Source of the DNA: Thelocarpon superellum
Taxonomy: Eukaryota
Assembly: GCA_026025795.1 (NCBI GenBank)
Contig: JAPEUG010000008.1
Span: 62,001-113,478, forward strand
Direction of reading: 5' to 3'
Length of the DNA stretch: 51,478 nucleotides
Under the pieces are notes generated by a model. It saw only the letters and a program-made list of their open reading frames with translations, searched no databases and had not been told where the DNA came from. Below, one piece after another: positions 25,744 to 36,190 of the stretch (position 1 is its first letter; each line of letters opens with the position of its first letter). The position numbers were made by a program, and so were the translations under genes.

Positions 25744-28572
25744 ATGTCCATCCAGCAAGCCAAAGTCAAGAGCGCCAGCTCCGGCGACACCCTGGTGTTG
25801 GCCTCGGTCAACAACCCCGCGCAGGAGCGACAGCTGAGCTTGGCCTTTGTCACGGCACCGCGACTGAGGAAGGAGGGGGACGAGGTGGGTCATGGGCTGC
25901 GGCCTGCTCGCACCCTCCGCCGTTGCGGAACGTGCTGACCTAACGAAGAGCTAGCCCTACGCCTTTGAATCCCGCGACCACCTCCGACAGTTGGTCGTGG
26001 GGAAGGTCGTCCGCTTCCAAGTGCTCTACAAGATCTCCCTGCCCAACGGCAAGCCCATCGAGCTGGGTCGGGTGCTGCTGCCCGCCACCGGGCAATCCCT
26101 CCCTGAGCTCGCCGTGGCCGAGGGCTGGCTGAAGCTTCGCGATAACGCCGGACGCAACGGCGACACGGAGGAGGCCAGTGCCCTACTCGAGAAGCTCCGC
26201 CTGGCCGAGGCCAAGGCCAAAGAGGAGGGCAAAGGCGTCTGGGCGGCCAACCTCGTCGGCATCGAGACTGGGCAAGACCTGTTGGATCCCAAGAAGTTCT
26301 TGGACGAGTGGAAGGGGAAACCGATCAATGGTACGAGCCATGCGTCCACACACAGGGAGGTGGATAGCCCTGACCCATGACAGCGGTGGTGGAGAAAGTG
26401 TTGAGCGGCGACCGGGTCATCGTGCGCCTGTTACTGAGCCCCCGACAACACCAGCAGACGCTCCTCTTGCTGGCCGGCATCCGCGCGCCTCAGACCAAAC
26501 GCACCAATGCCTCGGACGGCAAGGAGCAGCCCGGGCAGGCCGGGGCGGAGAAGTCGCAGCAGTTTGTGGAAGAGCGGATCCTGCAGCGGAACGTGCAGGT
26601 CACCCTGGTCGGGCTGTCGACGCATGGCCAGCTGATCGGCACGGTGCGACATCCGAACGGGAGCATCGCCGAATTCTTACTCCAGGCCGGGCTCGCATGG
26701 TGCAACGACTTCCACACCACGCTCCTCGGCAACGAGATGCTCCCCTTGCGGCAGGCGGAAGAGGCGGCCAAGCAGAAGAAGCTCGAGCTCTTCAAGGACC
26801 ATGTCACCAGCCGAGGGAAGGCGGCCAGCGATGCCGATGCCGTCGTGGCTCGTGTCCAGAGCGCCGACACCATCTACCTACGAAACAAATCGGGCGGAGA
26901 GCGGCGGGTGAACCTTAGCAGCGTGCGACAACCAAAGTAGGTTCTGCATCCCTCACGCACAATCCGAGACGCTGACCACGGCAGGCCGTCGGATCCCAAA
27001 CAGTCTCCCTTCGTGCAAGAGGCCAAGGACTTCTTGCGCAAGAAGCTGATTGGCAAGTCGGTGCGCGTCTCCATCAACGGCAAGCGGCCCGCACAGGATG
27101 GATTCGATGAGCGTGAGATGGCCACGGTCACGCACAACGACAAGAACGTGGCGCTGCTGCTGGTCGAGCACGGCTGGGTGTCGGTGATCCGACATCGTCG
27201 CGACGACGACGATCGATCACCCATCTACGATGAACTGCTCCTGGCAGAACAGGAAGCGCAGAAGGAGCAAAAGGGCATGTGGGCTGCCAAACCGCCGGCG
27301 GTCAAGACCTACGCCGATGTGTCGGAGAGCGTGCAGAAGGCCAAGATCCAATTGTCGGTGCTCCAACGGCAGAAACGGGTACCGGCCGTGGTCGATTTCG
27401 TCAAGTCGGGATCACGCTTCACCCTGCTCATTCCGAAAGAGGGGGCCAAACTCACCTTTCTCTTGTCCGGCATCCGCGCTCCCAAATCCTCCCGAGGACC
27501 CACTGACGTCGCCGAGCCCTTCGGGCAAGAGGCGCACGACTTTGCCGTCAAGCGCTGCCTGCAACGCGACGTGGAGGTGGACGTCGAGAACATTGACAAG
27601 TTTGGCGGATTCATCGGCACCCTCTACATCAATCGGGAGAGCTTTGCCAGGCTGCTGGTTGAGGAGGGCCTGGCTAGCGTGCACGTCTACTCGGCCGAGC
27701 AGTCCGGCAACGCGCGGGAACTGCTGGCGGCGGAGCAGAAAGCCAAGGAGGCGCGCAAGCACCTCTGGCACGACTGGGACCCCAGCAAGGACGTGCCGGA
27801 AGCGGAGGGCGACCCCACCCCGGCGAATGGCACGAACGGCGAGGCGGCCGCGCCCGCGCGGAAGAAAGACTACCGCGACGTCGTCGTCTCGCACATTGAC
27901 GAGACTTGCCGGCTCAAGCTCCAGCAAGTGGGGACGGGCAGCGCGGCGCTGACGGAGATGATGAACGCCTTCAAGACCTTCCACGTCAGCAAAGACAACG
28001 ACAAGCCGCTCCCGGGGCCCCCCAAGGCCGGCGACATGGTGGCGGCGCGCTTCTCGGCCGACGGCGAGTGGTACCGCGGCAAGATCCGGCACAATGATCG
28101 CGAGAAGAAGGAGGCCGAGATCCTGTACGTTGACTACGGCAACTCGGAGAAGCGGCCGTGGTCGGCGCTCCGCCCGCTCTCGCAGCCGCAATTCTCCACG
28201 CAGACGCTCAAGGCCCAGGCCGTCGACGCCGTGCTCTCCTTCCTCCACTTTCCCACGCAGATGGACTACCTCGCCGACGCCGTGCACTTCGTCGGCCAGA
28301 CGACGGCCGACAAGCAGCTCGTGGCCAACGTGGACAACACCGCGCCCGACGGTCTCTTGCACGTCACCCTGTTTGATCCCAAGGTCTCGGGCAGTCTACA
28401 GGAGAGCGTCAACGCCGACATTGTCGGCGAGGGTCTCGCCATGGTCCCGCGCAAGCTGAAGGCGTGGGAGCGCTCGGCGACGGACGTGTTGAAGGCCCTG
28501 ACGGCCAAGGAGGAGGTGGCCAAGAAGGAGCGCAAGGGCATGTGGGAATACGGCGATCTGACCGAGGATTAG
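25744..28572 (+). CDS. SND1: Tudor staphylococcal nuclease (Tudor-SN/p100), 885 aa; exons 25744-25884, 25955-26330, 26384-26936, 26985-28572
   Basis: Repeated SN domains (VKSASSGDTL, VEKVLSGDR, VARVQSADT, VDFVKSGSRF), Tudor domain (AARFSADGEWYRG..YVDYGNSE) and the C-terminal GMWEYGDLTED; three canonical introns. Confidence 0.96.
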
Positions 28573-28960
28573 CGCTGTCTCTCACTGGTAGGATGGCCAC
28601 TCGTAGGAGGTTCGTTGTAGCCGCCGGCACGCGATGGATAGGATGGATACGTGCCGGATACGCGATGAAGAGGCTCGTTAGGCCGCATGGCTAGGGATGC
28701 ATTCTAGGCGCATCCATGAGACTTCGCCGACTCCACCTCGGGAGCATAGCACCGATCAGCATGCCATGCCGCGGGTTGGAGAGGCACTCGAATGTTCCGA
28801 GGCCGTCATTCATCAATCCTGGTTCAAGATCTTCACGGGGTCATGTGACGTTCTCGCTCTCCATCGAAGGAGCCTGATGCCGTTGACTTTCCCTTATATT
28901 CACAAGACCCTGGCTCGTAGGTACGAGATAAGTGTGGGTCACCATCTGCAGCTGCTCAAT

Positions 28961-30367
28961 ATGCAGGGACCAGGTATCGTACAGGACTTGGACGTCGATC
29001 TGGACGTCCTCGGGCAACAGCCGTTGCTCAAGATATATACTCAGATCTGCCTTTGCTATCCTGTGCCCCAGGTTTCCTCTCATTCCGCAATCATCCACAC
29101 GTTGACGAGTGGTCTCGACCGGCTGTCTGCCAGCTTTCCATGGCTCGCGGGCCAAGTCGTCATCGAAGGTGCAGGTGAAGGCAATACAGGAGTCTTCAAG
29201 ATCCAAGCACTGGCGAACAATCCCCGCTTGGTCGTGAAAGACCTCAGACGTGACCCCTCCATCCCCACCATGGATGCTCTCAGACGAGCCCAGTTCCCCA
29301 TGAGCAGGCTGGACGAGAGCATCATCGCACCTCGCAGAACTCTCCCAGGAAGCTCTGACGAATCCACGTCAGACTCAACCCCAGTTTTTCTCCTCCAAGC
29401 AACGTTCATCACCGGCGGCCTTTTGCTCACCTTCGTCGGCCAGCACAACACCATGGACATGACTGGTCAGGGCCAGATGATCCATCTTTACTCCAAAGCT
29501 TGCCGTGATGAAGCATTTACCCGCGAAGAAGTCTCTTCCAGCAGCCTTGACCGCCGCAACCTCATCCCCTTCCTCGACGACTCCTACAAACAAGGCCCCG
29601 AGCTCACCCCTCAGATTGTCAAAGCCAGTCCCTCTCATCCCCTCTCCCGCAGCACCAAAGAACGCTCAAATCCTCCTTCCCCTCCACAATGCGCCTGGAC
29701 CTCTTTCACCTTCAGCTCTACCTCGCTCACCGCTCTCAAATCACTCGCCACGGAAAGCATGACCGTCTCTTCAGGCTACGTCTCCACCGACGACGCCCTC
29801 AGCGCCTTTATCTGGCAATCCGTCATCCGCATCCGTCTCCCGCGCTTGAATGCCACGGCGGAGTCGACATTTGCCCGCGCTGTCGACGTACGGCGTCATC
29901 TGGATATTTCACCAACGTACCCAGGGCTTGTGCAAAACATGACATATCATACGTATCCATGTCAGAAGCTGGTCAAGGAGCCATTGGGCAGAGTGGCATC
30001 ACAGCTTCGTTCGGCAGTCGACCCCAAGACATCGGATCTAGGCTACCACACGCGTGCCCTTGCAACCTTCCTCGGTCGCACGCCCGACAAGAACGTCGTC
30101 TCCTTCACAGCGACGCTGGACCTATCGGCGGACCTCGTGTTGAGTTCGTGGGCGAAGTTGGACTGTTATGGACTTGATTTCGCCCTTGGACTGGGCAACC
30201 CTGAGGCGGTACGCAGGCCACAATTTGACCCCGTCGAGAGCTTGATCTATTTGATGCCGCGAAGGCTGGACGGCGAGATCGCGGTGGCGATCTGTTTGAG
30301 GGATGAAGATATGGAGAGGCTGAGGGCCGATGAAGAGTTTGCGAAGTATGGGAGGTATGTTGGGTGA
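28961..30367 (+). CDS. TRI101: Trichothecene 3-O-acetyltransferase-like (Tri101/Ayt1, BAHD-type acyltransferase), about 468 aa, single exon
   Basis: LDVLGQQPLLKIYTQICLCY N-terminus, catalytic QHNTMDMTG (HxxxD), STDDALSAFIW, RAVDVR, SSWAK, DFALGLG.PEAVRRP. ATG 28961 preferred over 28697 because family similarity starts there. Symbol indicates family, not proven substrate. Confidence 0.88.
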   Translation: MQGPGIVQDLDVDLDVLGQQPLLKIYTQICLCYPVPQVSSHSAIIHTLTSGLDRLSASFPWLAGQVVIEGAGEGNTGVFKIQALANNPRLVVKDLRRDPSIPTMDALRRAQFPMSRLDESIIAPRRTLPGSSDESTSDSTPVFLLQATFITGGLLLTFVGQHNTMDMTGQGQMIHLYSKACRDEAFTREEVSSSSLDRRNLIPFLDDSYKQGPELTPQIVKASPSHPLSRSTKERSNPPSPPQCAWTSFTFSSTSLTALKSLATESMTVSSGYVSTDDALSAFIWQSVIRIRLPRLNATAESTFARAVDVRRHLDISPTYPGLVQNMTYHTYPCQKLVKEPLGRVASQLRSAVDPKTSDLGYHTRALATFLGRTPDKNVVSFTATLDLSADLVLSSWAKLDCYGLDFALGLGNPEAVRRPQFDPVESLIYLMPRRLDGEIAVAICLRDEDMERLRADEEFAKYGRYVG

Positions 30368-30449
30368 GTGATCGTCCGCAAGATCATGGAGCGGTGAGAC
30401 GAAGTGTGGCAGGGTGTTGGTTTCCAGCAAGGCGGTGAACCTCGCCAGG

Positions 30450-32042
30450 TCATGGACCAGCTTTATCAAATACGCCTGTATACTTAATCCCCAGCTGGGC
30501 CTGCAGGCGTCTCCGACGACCGTGGGCCTCGTTGGGGTTGCTGGCAAAATACGTGAACCATATTTGCGCCGTGGAGACGGCAGCACCTTCGATCTGCTGC
30601 CATTTCCCATATCCTTCAACTGTTAACCCCACCCATTCGAATGGCACCATGGCCGATTTGACAACGTTGGGCGTCGGCTCGAGCAAGAAGGGCAGCAGCA
30701 GGTCTTGGATGTCGACGCGCGTGTGGAGAAAGGGGGCTACCTCGGCCCAATCGTCTAGGACCTCCTTGAACTTGTTGATGTCCTGCGTCGCGATACCAGA
30801 GCGGATCATTAGCGTGCCGGCAACCAACGAAAACGAGTTGATTGAGTCCTCAAAATGCTTCATCTCGTCTCCGGTCACACTCTCTCGCCTTTTCTCTTTT
30901 GCTGCTAAATTGTTCGCTTCCGACTTCAACGTACCAAACGCTTGAGCGGTGTAAGGGTTGTTCTTCGTGAGCTTTCTCAGCCGGACCTCTTGCTTCTGCA
31001 GGGAAAAGGCATTTTCCTTCTTCGTGTGATTGGCCACCAGCTCACGCAAGGTCCTTGCCGCTTTGCTCGTCTGAGCTCCATCCCAGAATTCCCGGTACAG
31101 CCTCGGCTGCTTCAGTGAGGTGAACGGATTCGAATCATCCGACCGGGCATCTTGGCTGGAGTCACTCTGCCTTGCGACAAGTAGGACATGTCGATCGACC
31201 AACTGCGTTCTCTGCGGCACCTGTCGAAAGAAGGTATCGATCGCCACGGCCTTGGCTCGCAGTTGCGCTCGGTCCGAATCCGAAGAGATCAGCTCACCTA
31301 GAGACGGGTCAGATCCACCTATCTTTCACCGCCGGCCGCGCTATGCCGAGAGACGGATGATGGACGTACTGTAAAACTCGCCCAATCCGTCGGTGTAGGG
31401 GAACGTCTCCGTGATCAAGACGTGATGTCGCGCAAGGGCGTTGAGGACAGACTGGTACTGGGACTGGTCCCAGCCCAATGCGTGCATTCGGTCCACATAT
31501 TCCTGTTTGAAAGGGGACCCACTCTCCCCGGGGAAGTTCTCCAGCTGGAAGACGCCAGACCAGCAGACGACGAATTCGAAGATGGGCCGCAGGCCTACGA
31601 TTATCGGACTGCTGACGGACGGGGTCTTGGCCATGGTGCTGATGACTTGGCGGAAGTCTTCGAGGCATGAAAAGGTCGATTCCAGTGCGCCCTGCATCGG
31701 ATGGTTTGCGGGGTCGTCCCGAATCTCCGGATGATAAAAATCCTCGCCCCACTTCCTCGCCTTTGCCAAGCCGGCATGGAGATCGGTCGGCCCGCGGTAC
31801 ACCTTGGTCGAGACATCAAAGGCCCGGGGCACAATACTCTCGTGTTGAAGGTACAGGAGGTAGCGAACCAACGCATTCCGCGTCATGTCCGAGTTGTAGC
31901 CCCCTCCACCAAAGACGGCCTTAATGGGATAGTCCTCGGGCCGGCACCCTAGCGCGTTGGCTTGCTTGAACAACGCCGGGATGGTCCACAGGTCGCCTGG
32001 CTTAAGGTCGGTGAAGATCAGGACCGTCGAGTTGCATTTCAT
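30450..32042 (-). CDS. Uncharacterised protein, about 506 aa, possible divergent nucleoside-hydrolase-like fold; exons 32042-31370, 31297-30450 (alternative start 32201, alternative acceptor 31319)
   Basis: Two same-strand ORFs (286 and 265 aa) are joined in frame by intron 31369-31298 (gtacgt..tctgac..tag). Globular composition; VLIFTDLKPGD start. The fold call is tentative. Confidence 0.6.
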
Positions 32043-33769
32043 CTCCGTCACGCCCGATTGCGCCGTCGACGCACATGGTTGCGCCTGGATCTGGACCTGA
32101 CGCGTGCTGGGTAGCCAGCTCTCGCTCGACGGGAAAAGTGAGCGGTAGAGGCTGAGGAACAGAACGGAGCCCAGCGTCGAGCCCACGTCGTTGCATTTCA
32201 TTGTGTGCGAGCGAGCGAGCGAGCCTCAAGGCCCGCGAGGCAATCAACGAGGCTCCACTGCGCTCCGATGGCTCGAGAGCTCAACAGGGTCAAAAAGCAG
32301 AACATGAGAGACTGGTGCATGGGGCCGAGGATCTGGCCCCGGGCCAGCGGTACCTCAGTACACTCATATACTCGTAGGACCAGGGTTGAGGGATTCCATC
32401 GACGTTCCATGCGAAAGCCGTTGAAATCACCGAGGTAAAGGGAAATGCGTGGTTTTGTGGCGCACTTGCCAGCCACGAGTCCGTGTCTGTTTGGTTTTGC
32501 CTGCAAAAACAGTATTCCGAGTAGTAGTGCGAGAGAACTAGTGAAGCACTGGCTAGGGCGCTCCTGATCAAGGCATTGCATTGCTGAAGAACACTTCGGA
32601 TTCGGCAGTCGATATGGCGATAAAGTTACGAGACTGTCCTGGCATTCTTCTGTGTCATGCAACGTTCCTCTCCACAACATACTTGGGACGAAGAGACAGA
32701 GCCACTGTCACGGATGGTCCGTGTCCTGGATCAAGACGCGAGTATGTTAGTCTGAGTCAGCAACTACGGAAGACCATTGGCTCAACCACGTGGCGCAGAC
32801 CCCAGCCAAGGCGCCCATCGGGGCGCTTCTGACACGGCCAACGACACAGAGCCAGGATGGAGGACGGCTGAGCAATGGACTCGGCTCGTCTGGGTGAGCG
32901 CGGGTGAGGGTCTCGTAGCGGGACCGTCGATATCTCCAGCCTGTTGATTGACTGTGCCGGGAGGAATCCCTAGGGGCCTACAACGCCCCTCGACTATGCC
33001 AAGTCACATGATGACCTCGTAATCGCAGCCAATACTCGTATCAGACTACTACTATGTTAGTATTTAGTCTAGTAGCGGGTCTCGCATTCGAGGACGGGGC
33101 TACGACCATCTGCGTCGTATCGCGGACCACGGGTACTCGTCCGTCACAGCCTCATCCTCCTTTCGCGCACCATGCTCGAACCTGTTCAAACCAAGAGGAG
33201 CAGATCACTCTGCGAGTGCCGCCTCAAGAGATGCAAGTCGAGATATTCGAGGTAAGACCAGGTCAGTGATTGGTGATATCGTCCCCCACCCACGAGGAGC
33301 AGCTTGCAGCAGCCAATTTTTGAGCGTCGCGGTCCACTCGCGTGATGCAACGAGGCTTCAAGCCCACCTACCAGGTCTCACGCCCATCAAGCGGTCCCTT
33401 GGGTGTGAGTCCGATTGCAGACCCATCGAACGTGAGATGATGCAATCGCAAAACGACTGGCTGAGACCCACGCTTCTGCCAGATAGGCAGGAACTGTGAC
33501 CGGGGCACCTTCCTGCATTGCACGGAGACAAGCCCCAACGAGTCTGGCGTCGAGTTGCACCATTGGCTTCGAGATCATGCGTTTGGGGTTCCCATTGCTC
33601 GGCGTTTGGGCGGAGTCGACCACGGCATGCTCTAGAACCTTGGCGGTCGAGCGTTCTAACTGATTGCCTCCCTCACTGACCACTATATCATCATGACCCC
33701 CCCGTCGCCTTGCCGCGCTCTCGGAGGGGGTTTGTTCGTCGTCCTTCACCAGTTCCACCGCTGCCCGTC

Positions 33770-35433
33770 ATGTATCTGGATCACCCCAGGACCCAGCCAA
33801 AGACTTTCTTGGCCCACTGCGTCCATGCCTGGCATGCGAATGAGCGCCATCATCTCTATACATTGCCGCAAGGCTCGCTCATACAGCAGCGCTTTGTCCA
33901 ACAGGCCGCCGTCCTAGCTAGGATCTTCCTCACCTTGCTTCTCTCCAGCCTGCACCGAGCCTCACATGTCGACCACCCTCGACATTTCACTGGACTGGGC
34001 AGTGTCGCCGTGGCCCGGCCACCAAAGGACGCTTGTCGGTTGAATTCGTCCACGCTGCACCAATATGGGCTCTCGCACACGGTGCAATACGCGCGACGGC
34101 ATATCACCACACCAGTGACAGACAGCTATGAGTCTCCGAACCTGGTCGATGTCGACGAGGCCCTCGTCCCGCTTCTCCAGCGGGTAAGTGTCATCGACAG
34201 GCCGACCGATGCGAGCACAGCGTAAATGGTGGGTGCCACGGCGGAGATGATGATCTTGGGCTTCTGCCACGCGCAGCCACTCGCCCTTCCCCTCCCCATC
34301 CCCCCACCGACGCATCCCGAGGCCGATCTTTCCATGCTGCTCGGGGTCACGACAGCGGCGGAGCGCCTGCACGACTCGATATCCCATATTCAGCTGTCGA
34401 TGCAGCAGGGCACGAGGATTCATCTTCTGGTCGTGCTGGTCGACGAGGCACCGGTCGAGGTCCTTCAGGAGGAACTGCAAGCCGCGGGGATCAACGCCAC
34501 CGTCCAGCTCACGGACCGGACGTGGAGGGAAGCGTGGTTTGAGATGGTGCCCCTAGTACATGAAGAGGTGGAGAAACGGCGTTCGTCGGACTCTCCTGTG
34601 CAATGGGTGGGCCTGATCGACGATGACACCTTCTTCCCCTCCATGACGAACCTCATGAACATGCTTCGGAAATACGACTTCACGAGACCGCACTACGTTG
34701 GCTCGCTGATCGGGGACTGGGAAGTAGTGGCGGCTAACGGCATGCTCGCGTCGGGGGGTGCCGGGGTCGTTCTCTCCATACCTCTACTGGACGAGCTCAC
34801 GGAGGCGTTCCCTATCTGCCGCGACAGTTTGCAGGCGATACCCGAAGGAGACCAACGCCTTCGGCGGTGCATTCTTGACAACACCCAGACGAGCTTGTCG
34901 CCGGAAAAGGAGCTCCCTCAACCCGAGACGATTGCCGATGCGCGCGGCGTCTTCGAGTCGGGCCGACCCATGCTATCCATCCACCACTGGAAGTCAACCT
35001 TCACACTGGACGTGGTGAAGCTGTACGCCGCCGCGGTCGGTGCGGGCCCGACTGTATTCTCCAGCGCTGGAAATTCTTCGCCGTCAACCAAACGCGAAAT
35101 CAACCCCCGGTCGTCCTGACCAACGGCTACTCCATCGTGGAATACCACGTGCCAGAGCTGCCCAATTTCGACAAGACGGAGATGACATGGGTGGGCAGCG
35201 GCAAAGATCGCTCGCTCACGGACGACGCCAACTTCCGCTACGGCCACAGTCTCGCGTCGATGCGTCCCCCGCTGAAAGAAGGCGCGGAAAAGCGGTCCGA
35301 TCTTCTCGCGGACACCGTCACCGAGCCTGACGGTCACATCCGCCAGGTGTATATCCGGAGGGGCTCAGACAGCAACGAGAACGGCACTGACGAGGATGCC
35401 GTGATTGAGCCGATCTGGCTCAACGAAGCATGA
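33770..35433 (+). pseudogene. Glycosyltransferase family 31 (Fringe-like) gene with in-frame stop and frameshift
   Basis: WVGLIDDDTFFPS, ASGGAGVVLS, GDQRLRRCI, FESGRPMLSIHHWKS. TAA at 34223-34225 splits two same-frame ORFs; a frameshift near 35040 is needed to reach CGPDCILQRWKF...LTNGYSIVEY. 5' end approximate. Confidence 0.75.
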
Positions 35434-35571
35434 GAGCGTGGGGAGTCCGCCCTCGATTGATCTCTAGGATGTGATGTGAAAGACCGCTCGTAGACGGGTT
35501 ACACACCCCGAGCATCCGGCACATTTGTGTCCCTCGTTGATACAGACGTTTGTTGAACTGACAAACTCACA

Positions 35572-35820
35572 AGAGCGTCTTTGGGGAGCTCTTGTATGCA
35601 TATGCAGCGATGTCAACATGTCGGAACAGAGGTGTAAGAGGGTTCCCTGATACATCTGTACCCATGTCGCCGCGTAGGGAGATAGGCGCGTGAGGCGCTC
35701 CGTACGCATATGCATCAATGTCGACACGCGGAATAGAGACCTTGGGGGGGGTCCCGTACGCATATACGTCTACGACGAGATATGCGAATAGAGGCGTGGG
35801 GGGTGTCTCTGTATGTCATT
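35572..35820. repeat. Degenerate ~54-nt tandem repeat, about 4.5 copies
   Basis: Recurring agag..gggg..(c/t)gta(c/t)gcatat..atgtc..gaa; gcatat at about 35598, 35706 and 35760 (multiples of 54). Confidence 0.6.
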
Positions 35821-35973
35821 TGTCGTCTTGCGCTCCTGTCCAGTCTATCTATCCCAACCTCCTATTCCGTCTACTCCTACCGCTCCAGTAACTCCAGTCC
35901 GTCTTTATGATTCATTCCGTCCGTCCTCTGTCCGTCGTCCGCCGTCCGCCATGGATTGTCCGTCGCGGATCGT

Positions 35974-36010
35974 CCGTCACCTGCCGTCACCTGCCGTCAC
36001 CTGCCGTCAT
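35974..36010. repeat. 10-nt tandem repeat (ccgtcacctg) about 3.7 copies
   Basis: Seen directly. Confidence 0.85.
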
Positions 36011-36190
36011 TTGGCGCCTTGTCGTGCATCCTAGCTCATCGGCCACAAGGGTGGGCACGGATACGGGCGGGTCGGAGGGGGGAGACGACGTGGGGTCTGT
36101 GGGCCGTAAGAAGAGGAGGGGGGGGGGGGGGGCACAAACGGGGGTGGGGGGTGGAGTCGCGACGATCGGCACGCCGACGGAGGTCTAACA

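Noticed and set aside
28697..28960. 88-aa N-terminal extension of the Tri101-like ORF
   Set aside because: No family similarity before 28961, and a TATA-like element lies near 28893.
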